A program made the translations under genes and the position numbers. A DNA stretch of 64,000 nucleotides, taken from NCBI GenBank assembly GCA_002315745.1, contig DCID01000024.1, positions 51 to 64,050 of the forward strand. The letters run 5' to 3'. The notes under the pieces were generated by a model. The model ran no database searches, was not told the origin of the DNA, and was given only the letters and a program-made list of their open reading frames with translations. This document shows, in pieces, positions 27,569 to 37,116 of the stretch; the stretch's first letter is position 1, and every line of letters starts with the position of its first letter. Origin of the DNA: Bacteroidales bacterium UBA1735. Lineage in GTDB: Bacteria > Bacteroidota > Bacteroidia > Bacteroidales > Paludibacteraceae.

Positions 27569-28489
27569 TTATTTTTTCTTTTTGTCAGATTTATCCTTAC
27601 CTCCGAACAAGGAGAAGTGGACATAGCGTCGTGGGTTAGCCTTGAGATCCACGAGCAGGGAGTCGGCGGAAACGATAGCGGCATTGACATTGACATAGAG
27701 GGAACTGTCGTTGACCAATTTGCCGATAGTGCCATCGGTAGAGTTGACCTCGGCTAAGACAGCGTTGAGGTAAGCGACGGCGGTATCGATCTGGCTGATC
27801 GTGTTTTGGATATGAGCATCCCGAATAGCGGAAGAGACTTCGTCTAAGTTAGCGAGCATACTATCGGCATGGTTCACCATGCCCGGTACCTGGTTCGCCA
27901 TGATGACTTTGAGTCGTGCAGACACGTCCTGTAGGTCAGAAGAGATGACTTCAATATGTGTCAACGAGTGTTTGAGTTGGTCTCCGGCTAGTTGGTTATT
28001 GAGATGGGCGAGCAGTTCTTTGGCCTCGATGACGGCTTGATCGACATCCTCGAGCATACCGGTTTGGAGTTGGTCAACCAGTCCAGGCACCACCACGGTA
28101 GGCAAGGTATCGCCGTTATGATACGATGCGGACTGTCCCTTCGGGAGATAGAGTTCGACGGCTGTTCCGCCCAGCAGGCCATTGGCCACCAAGCGCATCT
28201 CGGTACCCAATGGAAGCACGATATCCTTATGGATAGAGATATCGACGATGAAAGCGTTATCCTGGGTAAAATCGTAGTGGATATGGTTGACCTGACCAAC
28301 CTTATAGCCTTTAATCAAGACAGGTGCTTGTTCGGTCAGTCCCCCGACCGAAGCATAGACACCATGGTAGTCGTTCGAGGAGGAAAAGATGTTCACTCCT
28401 TTGAGGAAGAAGAAGCCATAGAAGAGCAAGAAACCACAAACGATGGCTAAGAGTGCGACTTTGAGTTCGCGTTTATGGGAAATATTCAT
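27569..28489 (-). CDS. MlaD/MCE family protein
   Basis: Single N-terminal TM helix followed by an MCE-like beta domain and a long helical C-terminus. By-eye call. Confidence 0.6.
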   Translation of the reverse strand: MNISHKRELKVALLAIVCGFLLFYGFFFLKGVNIFSSSNDYHGVYASVGGLTEQAPVLIKGYKVGQVNHIHYDFTQDNAFIVDISIHKDIVLPLGTEMRLVANGLLGGTAVELYLPKGQSASYHNGDTLPTVVVPGLVDQLQTGMLEDVDQAVIEAKELLAHLNNQLAGDQLKHSLTHIEVISSDLQDVSARLKVIMANQVPGMVNHADSMLANLDEVSSAIRDAHIQNTISQIDTAVAYLNAVLAEVNSTDGTIGKLVNDSSLYVNVNAAIVSADSLLVDLKANPRRYVHFSLFGGKDKSDKKKK

Positions 28490-29583
28490 AATGATGGTAA
28501 TTTAGTAACAAAACAATCGGGGAACTTGACCTTAATCTGTTCCTTCAACACCTGCGCTTTCTCGCGGGTCGTTTCACGGCCATAGTAGTATTTGTACCAC
28601 TCGCCGACCTGGATGTAATAGCACCCTTTGAGTCCATGGAAGCGGGGATCGGTCTCCGCGAGGATAGTATGGGAGGCAAAGATCTGCACGCCATAGACTT
28701 CAGATGGGTGGTCGGTGGTCGGTTGTCGGTGATCGGTGGTCTGCGTGGGTTGCGTAGTGGGCTTAGGCTGCGGTTGGGTCGTAGGTTGGGGTTCAGGGGT
28801 CTTATCGATCTTATCCTTCTGCACCTGATGATAGAACTGGCCAAAGGCGGTATAGATAGCTTGTGCAATCGCTTTCTGTCCATTGGCGGAGGTCATGTAT
28901 TTTTCTTCATCGGGATTGGAGATAAAGCCTATCTCGATGAGTACGCTAGGGCAAGCCGACTTGAGCAGCACCCAGAAAGCAGCCTGTCTCACGCCACGGT
29001 CGCCCCGCTTCAGGGTATTGGCGAACTGCTGCTGCAAGAGCGATGCAAAATCCAGACTATGGTCGAGGTACTGGTTCTGCATGAGTTCGAACATGATATA
29101 GGAGTCCACCGAATTGGGGTCAAAGCCATGATAAGTAGTCTTATAATCCGTTTCCAGTTTGATGACGGCATTCTCCCGCATCGCCACATCCAGGTTACGC
29201 TCCAGTTTATCTGTCCCTAAGACATAGGTCTCCATTCCTTTGGCGGACGCCGCAGGAGAGGAGTTCGTATGGACACAGATAAAGAGGTTGGCATTGTTCT
29301 TATTGACAAAATCGGCCCGTTTTTGCAGCGGAATAAAGAAATCGGTCTGGCGTGTATAGAGGACGCGTACCGAAGGATAATTGGTCTCAATGAGTTGTCC
29401 CGCCTGCAAAGCGACCTTGAGGTTGAGATCTTTCTCCTGGGCGACATGTCCCACTGCCCCAGGATCGGTACCACCGTGGCCTGCATCTATGACGACGACG
29501 AAAGGTTTAGCCGTCGTAGCTGCCCAGATAGACAGGCTGCCGAGGAGGAGTGTGAAGAAGATGGAGATGCGTATCGTTTTCAT
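28486..29583 (-). CDS. N-acetylmuramoyl-L-alanine amidase (Amidase_3) with P/T/Q-rich linker and C-terminal SPOR-like domain
   Basis: VVIDAGHGGTDPGA, ICVHTNS and GFISNPDEE. Start at MKTIRISIFF (29583) with signal peptide. Confidence 0.85.
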   Translation of the reverse strand: MKTIRISIFFTLLLGSLSIWAATTAKPFVVVIDAGHGGTDPGAVGHVAQEKDLNLKVALQAGQLIETNYPSVRVLYTRQTDFFIPLQKRADFVNKNNANLFICVHTNSSPAASAKGMETYVLGTDKLERNLDVAMRENAVIKLETDYKTTYHGFDPNSVDSYIMFELMQNQYLDHSLDFASLLQQQFANTLKRGDRGVRQAAFWVLLKSACPSVLIEIGFISNPDEEKYMTSANGQKAIAQAIYTAFGQFYHQVQKDKIDKTPEPQPTTQPQPKPTTQPTQTTDHRQPTTDHPSEVYGVQIFASHTILAETDPRFHGLKGCYYIQVGEWYKYYYGRETTREKAQVLKEQIKVKFPDCFVTKLPSL

Positions 29584-29587
29584 AGGA

Positions 29588-30550
29588 TTATTTCTTTTTA
29601 ATCGTATCAAATCCCTGTCCAAAGACACCACCCACATTGGCGTAACTAATGAACGCATTCGGATCGATGGAGATGATCATATGTAGGATATAGTTGGCTT
29701 CATGTTTGCGGGAAAGGACGGTGACGACGTCCATAGGCTGTTTACTATACCACCCCATTCCATTCAAGACGGTCACTCCACGATGCACGTTCTGATTGAT
29801 AGCGGTGGCTATCTCCGCACTTTTCTTGGAGAAGATAAAGAACTGCACCGACTGTCTAATGCGGTTCATCAGCCAATCGACCGACGCCGAGTAGGACACT
29901 GTCATCGCCAGACCGCAGAGGATACGCTTGAACTTGAAGTCCAGTACATTGGTGATATGCGCCATTTGGTACTCAGGGATAGGCAGGAAGAAAGAACTGA
30001 GGATGATGATGGCATCGCAAATGACCATGACCTTACCTAAGGACACATCGCGTTTGGAGTTCACGATCATGGCAATGATATCCGTACCGCCGGAGGAACC
30101 ATTATTGAGGATCACGATGGCTAAGCAAAAGCCGAAGAGCACACCCCCCACGATACAACCTAAGAGTGGGTCTGTGACCAGCGGTTCATCCCGGATAGGG
30201 ATGATACGATACCAGAACGCCAGGCACACCACGCCCCACACCGTTCGGATGCAGAAACGCCATCCCACTGTCACACCCGCAATGACCAGCAAGATCGTAT
30301 TAAAGATGAGCGTCGTCAACCACACGGGGATGGCGCCATGGAAAGCCGGAAAGACCGTAGGGAACATCCCCTGGGTCGCATAATAGATGATAGAGCATAT
30401 ACCGGTCAAGCCACCACCCGCCACATTGTGTGGGATGAAGATCCAGTTAACCATCGCGGCGAATGGGCATAATGCAATAAAGATAACCGCATATTCGCGG
30501 ACTACTGCCCAAGCATGTTGTTGAGGGGTATAGACATCGTGTTCGTTCAT
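29588..30550 (-). CDS. YitT family membrane protein (DUF2179 C-terminal domain)
   Basis: Five or six TM segments, NNGSSGGTDI motif and a C-terminal soluble domain. Paralogue of the next gene. Confidence 0.7.
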   Translation of the reverse strand: MNEHDVYTPQQHAWAVVREYAVIFIALCPFAAMVNWIFIPHNVAGGGLTGICSIIYYATQGMFPTVFPAFHGAIPVWLTTLIFNTILLVIAGVTVGWRFCIRTVWGVVCLAFWYRIIPIRDEPLVTDPLLGCIVGGVLFGFCLAIVILNNGSSGGTDIIAMIVNSKRDVSLGKVMVICDAIIILSSFFLPIPEYQMAHITNVLDFKFKRILCGLAMTVSYSASVDWLMNRIRQSVQFFIFSKKSAEIATAINQNVHRGVTVLNGMGWYSKQPMDVVTVLSRKHEANYILHMIISIDPNAFISYANVGGVFGQGFDTIKKK

Positions 30551-30558
30551 AGTGTGTT

Positions 30559-31473
30559 TTATTTCTCTTTAATAGAATCAAAGCCTCGTCCAAAGACGCC
30601 CATCGTCTGTGTCTCGCTCACAAAAGCATCGGGATCGATGGCGCGTACTAAGCGGAAGATACGGGTGGACTCGTTCTTACGAGCGATGACGGTAATGACT
30701 TTCATATCGCGTCCGGTATAGCCACCCTCTCCGTTCAGGATAGTGACTCCACGGGGTATCTGAGTAATGATGGCGTTCTTGATCTCCTCGTAATGGGAGG
30801 AGAAGATAAAGAACTGCACCGATTGGCGCACGCGTCCCATCACCCAATCGACGGCGGTAGAGGACATGAAGGTATAGCACAGACCGAATAGCACTTTCTC
30901 TAAACTTCTCACTTCCGGCAAGAAGTAGGCACTAGAGATGATGAGCACATTGCAGAAGAGCATCGCACGCCCAATAGGCAAGTGTCCAAACTTAGAGAGG
31001 ATGACGGCGGTGATGTCGGTGCCACCGGTGGAACCATTATTGAGCAGGACATAGCCCAAGCCTACGCCGCTGAACAGACCGCCTAAGATGACTGCCATGA
31101 AAGGATCGGTGATAGCCGGGAGGTTAGGGATGGGTATGACCTTAAACCATATGGTCAAACAGAGTACTCCATAGAGCGTACGGAGGCAGAATTTCCAACC
31201 AATGATCTTCCATGCCGCTAATAATAGCCCCAGGTTAATCATCAAGTTCGTTGCCCAGATAGGTAGCACGCCATGTGAGGCGAAGTATAGGATCTCACAG
31301 AAACCTGCTAATCCGCCACCGACAATGGCATGCGGTAAGAGAATACGATTGACTACAATAGCAAACGGCGCACACGCCACCGCGATCACCAAGAATTCCT
31401 TGATGGCGATGATTGGTTTCATGCGGCGATAATTGCGCAAGCGTTGTTCTAACTCCTTGGCGGATAGTTTCAT
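30559..31473 (-). CDS. YitT family membrane protein (DUF2179 C-terminal domain)
   Basis: NNGSTGGTDI motif. Collinear similarity with 29588-30550. Confidence 0.7.
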   Translation of the reverse strand: MKLSAKELEQRLRNYRRMKPIIAIKEFLVIAVACAPFAIVVNRILLPHAIVGGGLAGFCEILYFASHGVLPIWATNLMINLGLLLAAWKIIGWKFCLRTLYGVLCLTIWFKVIPIPNLPAITDPFMAVILGGLFSGVGLGYVLLNNGSTGGTDITAVILSKFGHLPIGRAMLFCNVLIISSAYFLPEVRSLEKVLFGLCYTFMSSTAVDWVMGRVRQSVQFFIFSSHYEEIKNAIITQIPRGVTILNGEGGYTGRDMKVITVIARKNESTRIFRLVRAIDPDAFVSETQTMGVFGRGFDSIKEK

Positions 31474-31483
31474 AGGTAGAGTA

Positions 31484-34303
31484 TTATAGTTTAGCCACTA
31501 AGTTTCGGTCACCAAAACCGTTATCGACACGGCCGACAGGCACCCAGAACTTATTGTTCCTTACCCAATCGGTGGGGTATGCCGCTTTCTCACGGCTATA
31601 GGGGTGAGACCATTCGTTCGCCACGATCTCGTACTCGGCATGGGGTGCATTGATGAGCACATTGTCCTGCGTATTGGCTTCGCCACGCTCTATCTGAGCG
31701 ATCTCCTCTCGGATAGTGAGCAGCGCATCGATGAACTGATCGAGTTCGTGCTTCGACTCCGACTCCGTAGGCTCAATCATCAGGGTGCCATGTACGGGGA
31801 AGGAGAGCGTAGGCGCATGGTAACCAAAATCCATCAGACGCTTCGCTATGTCGGACTCCGTGACGCCAAGGGTATGGAACTGTCGGCAATCGAGGATGAG
31901 TTCATGCCCTACTCGACCCTGGACACCCGTATAAACGACGCCATAGGCATCCCGTAGTTTAGCAGCCATATAGTTGGCACTTAAGATAGCGGCAGCCGTT
32001 GCTTCGCGCAAGGCTTCGTAGCCCATCATGCGGATATATCCGTAGGATATAAGTGCCATGTTCGCATTACCATACAAGGCAGACGAAACACGGTTCTTAT
32101 CGTCGGTAGGCATCGACTCTGCCAACTGAGCTGTACAGCAGATAGCGCCCACACCGGGGCCACCACCACCATGAGGCGAAGCGAAGGACTTATGTAAGTT
32201 CAAGTGGCAGACATCGGCACCAATCGTACCGGGGTTGGTATAACCAATCTGCGCATTCATGTTCGCGCCATCCATATACACCAAACCACCATTGCGATGG
32301 ATGATATCGCACATCTCCACAATAGTCATCTCGAAGATACCATGGGTCGAAGGATAGGTGATCATACAGCCAGCGAGGACATCCTTGTTCTCCTCCGCTT
32401 TGGTGCGCCAGTCGTTGAGGTCGGTATTACCTCCTTCGTCGCAACGTACCACTACCGGCGTGAAACCTGCTTGCACACAGGAAGCAGGGTTGGTGCCATG
32501 GGCAGACTCAGGGATGAGCAGCACGTGGCGGTTCTTACCACCATGCGACCACAAGTAATCGCGCATGGTGATCAGACCGGTATATTCGCCGGCGGCACCA
32601 CTCGTGGGTTGCAAGTTACATGCCGCAAAACCGGTGATGGTCGCGAGTTGTTGTTCTAACTCGGCTAAAAGGGTCATATATCCACCCACTTGCTCGACGG
32701 GTGCCATCGGATGCACCGCCATCCAGCCGGGCATGGTTACGGGGATCATAGCGGCAGCAGGATTAAGTTTCATCGTGCATGAACCCAAGGGGATCATGGT
32801 ATGAGTCAGGCTCACATCCTTACGATCTAAACGCTTGATATAGCGCATCATATCCGTTTCGGTATGGTAGATGAGGAAGACCTCGGATTGCATATAATCG
32901 ACCTCACGCACGCGGCTCTCGTCTATCGCCCATAAGCCGTCAAAGGCCTGTTCATCCTCCTCGTATTGAGGCATGTTATCGCTACATTCGGCAAAGAGTT
33001 CAATGAGGTCATTCATCGTATCGATGGTGACGGTCTCATCCATCGAGAGCCCGATCCAGCCCTCTTTGTCGTAATAGAAATTGAAGCCTTTCTCTTCGGC
33101 TGCCTTGCGGAACTTCTTCACCGTACATTGGTCACTGGGCAACCAAATTTTGAGGGTATCAAAGAACTCGACGTTCTCCTGCTCATAGCCATAGGCTTGT
33201 AGCATCTCGTTCAAGTAAACGGCTTTACCATGTATGCCTTCGGCTATTTCGCGTACTCCTTGTGGACCATGATAGACGCCATAGAAGCCCGCCATCATGG
33301 CAGATAGGGCTTCGGCGGTGCAGATGTTAGAGGTTGCTTTCTCGCGTTTGATATGCTGTTCGCGTGTCTGCAAAGCCAAGCGATAAGCAGGGTGCTCATG
33401 GCTATCCTTACTGAGACCGATGATACGTCCGGGCATATCGCGTTTATACTCGTCGCGTGTCGCCATGTATCCTGCTGTTGGGCCACCAAAGCCCATGGGT
33501 AAGCCAAAACGCTGGGCAGAGCCCACCATGATATCCGCATCCAGAGGCTTGAGCAAGGCTAAAGCCATGAGGTCAGCGATGATGGTGACTTTGAGTCCTG
33601 CCTGATGGCAACGGTCGATGAAAGCGTCATAGTCCTCGATCGATCCCTCCGCATTAGGCCATTGAGCGATAGCACCAAAGAAGGCCTCTGTGGGTTCAAA
33701 CGAAGCATAGTCGCCTACAACGAGTTCGATATCTTGTCCTAACGCGCGCGTGCGCATAACAGATAAGGTGTTGGCAAAGATATGTCTATCGACAAAGACC
33801 TTACGTACCTCGTTCTTCACCTGTTCGCGCGAGCGCAGGTTACGCATCATTGTCACCGCCTCTGCGGCTGCGGTCGCTTCGTCTAAGAGCGAGCAGTTAG
33901 CCAAAGGTAGACCTGTGAGATCGCTGATCATGGTCTGATAGACAAAGAGCGCCTCCAGACGGCCTTGACTCACTTCGGCTTGGTACGGGGTATAAGACGT
34001 GTACCACACGGGGTTCTCTAAGACATTGCGTTGGATGACTGCAGGTGTGATAGCGCCATACCAACCACGACCGATAAGGCTCTTATACGGCAGGTTCTGC
34101 TCCGCCATGGCTGCCATGGAGTCCAGATGTTCCTGCTCGGTGAGTGGTTCATCCAGATCAAGCGGCTGCTCAAGCAGGATCTGTTTGGGCATCGTCTGCT
34201 CAATGAGTTGTTCGATAGAGGAAGCACCAATAGCCTGGAGCATGGATTGCTGATCTTGCTCACTCAAGCCAATGTGTCTATGCTTTAAATAGTTTGTTTT
34301 CAT
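31484..34303 (-). CDS. gcvP: Glycine dehydrogenase (decarboxylating), single-chain P protein
   Basis: 939 aa. YTPYQAEVSQGRLEAL and PLP-lysine region NLHKSFASPHGGGGPG. Confidence 0.92.
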   Translation of the reverse strand: MKTNYLKHRHIGLSEQDQQSMLQAIGASSIEQLIEQTMPKQILLEQPLDLDEPLTEQEHLDSMAAMAEQNLPYKSLIGRGWYGAITPAVIQRNVLENPVWYTSYTPYQAEVSQGRLEALFVYQTMISDLTGLPLANCSLLDEATAAAEAVTMMRNLRSREQVKNEVRKVFVDRHIFANTLSVMRTRALGQDIELVVGDYASFEPTEAFFGAIAQWPNAEGSIEDYDAFIDRCHQAGLKVTIIADLMALALLKPLDADIMVGSAQRFGLPMGFGGPTAGYMATRDEYKRDMPGRIIGLSKDSHEHPAYRLALQTREQHIKREKATSNICTAEALSAMMAGFYGVYHGPQGVREIAEGIHGKAVYLNEMLQAYGYEQENVEFFDTLKIWLPSDQCTVKKFRKAAEEKGFNFYYDKEGWIGLSMDETVTIDTMNDLIELFAECSDNMPQYEEDEQAFDGLWAIDESRVREVDYMQSEVFLIYHTETDMMRYIKRLDRKDVSLTHTMIPLGSCTMKLNPAAAMIPVTMPGWMAVHPMAPVEQVGGYMTLLAELEQQLATITGFAACNLQPTSGAAGEYTGLITMRDYLWSHGGKNRHVLLIPESAHGTNPASCVQAGFTPVVVRCDEGGNTDLNDWRTKAEENKDVLAGCMITYPSTHGIFEMTIVEMCDIIHRNGGLVYMDGANMNAQIGYTNPGTIGADVCHLNLHKSFASPHGGGGPGVGAICCTAQLAESMPTDDKNRVSSALYGNANMALISYGYIRMMGYEALREATAAAILSANYMAAKLRDAYGVVYTGVQGRVGHELILDCRQFHTLGVTESDIAKRLMDFGYHAPTLSFPVHGTLMIEPTESESKHELDQFIDALLTIREEIAQIERGEANTQDNVLINAPHAEYEIVANEWSHPYSREKAAYPTDWVRNNKFWVPVGRVDNGFGDRNLVAKL

Positions 34304-34311
34304 ATATTCTA

Positions 34312-34695
34312 TTATTTATTGACAATATGAAATGTGACCACGGATCCCGGTGTCTGCTGGGGCACTTTCCAGATAATCTTCGAAGGTACAATCGAATATT
34401 TATCCAACTGGAGCGCCACTAACTCCCCTTTCCAATCGGCACGTGCCTTGAAGGTTTGTTTCTTCTTGGGGGCTACTTTCCCCAAGTAATACCCTGCGAT
34501 GGTGAGGCGATAGTTACTGTTCGTCTTGTTACAGATGACCAAGTCATAGGTCAGATCCATCTGCGTAGCATGTTCGGTCGATGCCACCTGCATCGTGTCC
34601 ATTTGGGCTATCGAATCAGGTGTTTGCCCCATAGCGAAGCATGCCATCCATAAAGCGGCACAACATACAATGAGTTTATTCATGTTCGGATTCAT
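34312..34695 (-). CDS. Hypothetical secreted protein or lipoprotein
   Basis: Signal peptide MNKLIVCCAALWMACFAMG. ATGA overlap with the coaX stop. Confidence 0.4.
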   Translation of the reverse strand: MNPNMNKLIVCCAALWMACFAMGQTPDSIAQMDTMQVASTEHATQMDLTYDLVICNKTNSNYRLTIAGYYLGKVAPKKKQTFKARADWKGELVALQLDKYSIVPSKIIWKVPQQTPGSVVTFHIVNK

Positions 34696-35426
34696 TTTTT
34701 ATTATATTCCAAAATATAGTTCAGTCCAATGAGCACCAGATGTTTCTCCTGATGCACGGGTGTCTGGACGTTATTGACCACATAGGGGGCATTACCACCG
34801 GTGAGGTAGGTTTCAAAATGTTCGCAGCGTTCGCTAAGTGTACGGATATACCCTTTCACCTCGAACGATATGCCGCGTATCACCCCGGCGGCAATGGCAT
34901 CGCGGGTGTTCTTACCAAAGAGCGGAATGAGTTCGTTCTCCTCGACCTCCACCTGCGGCAGTTTCTTGGTCATCTGACGCAAGATAGTGAGGCGCATCTT
35001 GATACCAGGAGCGATGTTACCGCCTAAGAACTCGTTGCTATCCGACACAAAGTCGTACGTGATAGCCGACCCCGCATCGATGATGAGTAAGTTCGTATTA
35101 GGACATAGCGCCGCAGCCCCTACTGCCGCCGCCAATCGGTCTTGCCCCAAGGTCTCGGGAGACGAGTAACCATTCTTAATAGGAATAGGCGTGAGGTGGT
35201 CAAAGAGGATGAAGTGCTGACTATGTCTAGCCATGGCGTTGACCACCGCAGGCTCGATGTTCACCACGGAAGAGATGATACTGTCCGTGATGGGATAGAG
35301 CGCAAAGAGGCGTTCTATATCCGCCGAAGTGAAGGACTTATAGATAAAGTTCTTCACGATCTTGCCCTGTTCGTCAAAGAGGGCTATCTTCGTTCTACTA
35401 TTTCCCTGATCAATACACAGATTCAT
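34692..35426 (-). CDS. coaX: Type III pantothenate kinase
   Basis: MNLCIDQGNSRTK and IIDAGSAITYD. Start at 35426 lies just after the upstream stop (35428); the longer ORF is an artefact. Confidence 0.85.
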   Translation of the reverse strand: MNLCIDQGNSRTKIALFDEQGKIVKNFIYKSFTSADIERLFALYPITDSIISSVVNIEPAVVNAMARHSQHFILFDHLTPIPIKNGYSSPETLGQDRLAAAVGAAALCPNTNLLIIDAGSAITYDFVSDSNEFLGGNIAPGIKMRLTILRQMTKKLPQVEVEENELIPLFGKNTRDAIAAGVIRGISFEVKGYIRTLSERCEHFETYLTGGNAPYVVNNVQTPVHQEKHLVLIGLNYILEYNKK

Positions 35427-35427
35427 A

Positions 35428-37110
35428 TTAGTCCTCTGCCATGGATGTATATAGGAAGCGCTTAATGGACTTCTTAGGAGTCTTCTCAAACTCATGGGGA
35501 TAGAGTTTGACCTTATTGATCTGCTCATAGTCCGCCAGTTGCGCATTGAGGTTCTTACGATTCTCCTCCATGGCCTCATCTACTTGTTCCTTGGTGAGGT
35601 GCATGCTATCAATCATATCATAGTCCGGGCATACGAGTGCCACCAGATGATCGTTATGCTGAATCACGAGGGACTCCATGACGTACGGCATGTTATTGAG
35701 TTTGGCTTCGATCTCCTCGGGGTAGATGTTCTGTCCCGAAGGGCCCAACAGCATCGTCTTATTACGTCCTTTGATATAGAGGTAACCATCCTCATCGATC
35801 AAACCCAAGTCACCTGTTTTGAGCCATCTGTCCTTCGTAAAGGTCTCGTTCGTAGCCTCCTCGTTCTTGTAATAACCTAACATCACATGCTCGCCGCGCA
35901 CCTGGATCTCACCCACTCCATCCTTGTTAGGATGATCAATACGCGCGTCCATCAAGCCCGGAATGAGTTTACCACAGGAGCCCGGTTTCCAGTCATGCCA
36001 GAACGAATAGGACACTAGCGGTGCACACTCCGTCATACCATACCCCACCGAGAAAGGAAATTTGATACGTGTTAAGAACTGCTCTACTTCGGCATTGAGG
36101 GGCGCACCACCAATGATGATCTGGAAGAACTCGCCTCCGAAGGCGTCCATGAGCTGCTGTCTAATCTTACTGAGCACCACCTCGTCTAGGTAGGGCACTT
36201 TGAGCACCCACGAGATCGGTTTCTTCGTGATCTGCGGCACGATCTGCTTCTTATATATCTTCTCCAGGATCAATGGCACAGAGATGATGAGCGTCGGTTT
36301 GACCTCCGCAAAGGCTTGTAATAGGATCTTGGGCGAGGGTGTACGACCAATGAAATAGGTATGACCACCGGCTGCTAGATTACCCAAGAAATCGACTGCG
36401 CAACCATACGAGTGCGCCAAGGGCAAGAATGCCACATGACGGCTGCCCGGGAAGACCTTACCTGTCGCGAGGAAATACTTATTATGCCCAGCCAGCGCAT
36501 TGAGCGGCGTCACCACCCCTTTCGAGAAACCGGTAGTACCCGAGGTGTAGTTGATGGATGCCACCTCTTTATTCGGGCGGTCTGCATATTGGATATCCGC
36601 TGCGGTATAGCCCTTCGGATATTTCTGTTGGAAAGCCTCCTGTGCCCACTCCCATGTCACCGGTTTACCCGTGATACGCGTAGCGAGTACCTTGAAGTCC
36701 GCCAAGGAATAGACCACTTTGATATTATCCATCTGCTCTATATCCAATCCTTCCCATATAAGGTCTGTGATAAAGAGCAACTTAGACTCCGAGTGGTTCA
36801 CGATATGCAACGCATCGTTCGGCTTAAAGTCCTGCAAGATAGGTACGATGATCGCCCCATAAGTAACCGTAGCCAGATAGACCATGACCCAGTTGCAGTT
36901 ATTGCGTCCCATGACAGCTATCTTATCGTTTCGACGAACGCCACACTGCTTGAGCAGCACATGCAAACGGGCTATCTGCGCCGCCATCTGACCATAGGTC
37001 AATGTATTGGTCGTCCCATAATCGGTGATCGCCTCCATGTCCCAGTGGTTCTTGAAGGAGGTCTCATACATGTGAATAAAATTGTCTTGTAAATCCGTTA
37101 ACATAGGCAA
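35428..37110 (-). CDS. AMP-dependent synthetase / long-chain-fatty-acid--CoA ligase
   Basis: INYTSGTTGFSKGV, GYGMTEC, WLKTGDLG. Confidence 0.85.
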   Translation of the reverse strand: MPMLTDLQDNFIHMYETSFKNHWDMEAITDYGTTNTLTYGQMAAQIARLHVLLKQCGVRRNDKIAVMGRNNCNWVMVYLATVTYGAIIVPILQDFKPNDALHIVNHSESKLLFITDLIWEGLDIEQMDNIKVVYSLADFKVLATRITGKPVTWEWAQEAFQQKYPKGYTAADIQYADRPNKEVASINYTSGTTGFSKGVVTPLNALAGHNKYFLATGKVFPGSRHVAFLPLAHSYGCAVDFLGNLAAGGHTYFIGRTPSPKILLQAFAEVKPTLIISVPLILEKIYKKQIVPQITKKPISWVLKVPYLDEVVLSKIRQQLMDAFGGEFFQIIIGGAPLNAEVEQFLTRIKFPFSVGYGMTECAPLVSYSFWHDWKPGSCGKLIPGLMDARIDHPNKDGVGEIQVRGEHVMLGYYKNEEATNETFTKDRWLKTGDLGLIDEDGYLYIKGRNKTMLLGPSGQNIYPEEIEAKLNNMPYVMESLVIQHNDHLVALVCPDYDMIDSMHLTKEQVDEAMEENRKNLNAQLADYEQINKVKLYPHEFEKTPKKSIKRFLYTSMAED

Positions 37111-37116
37111 ATTATC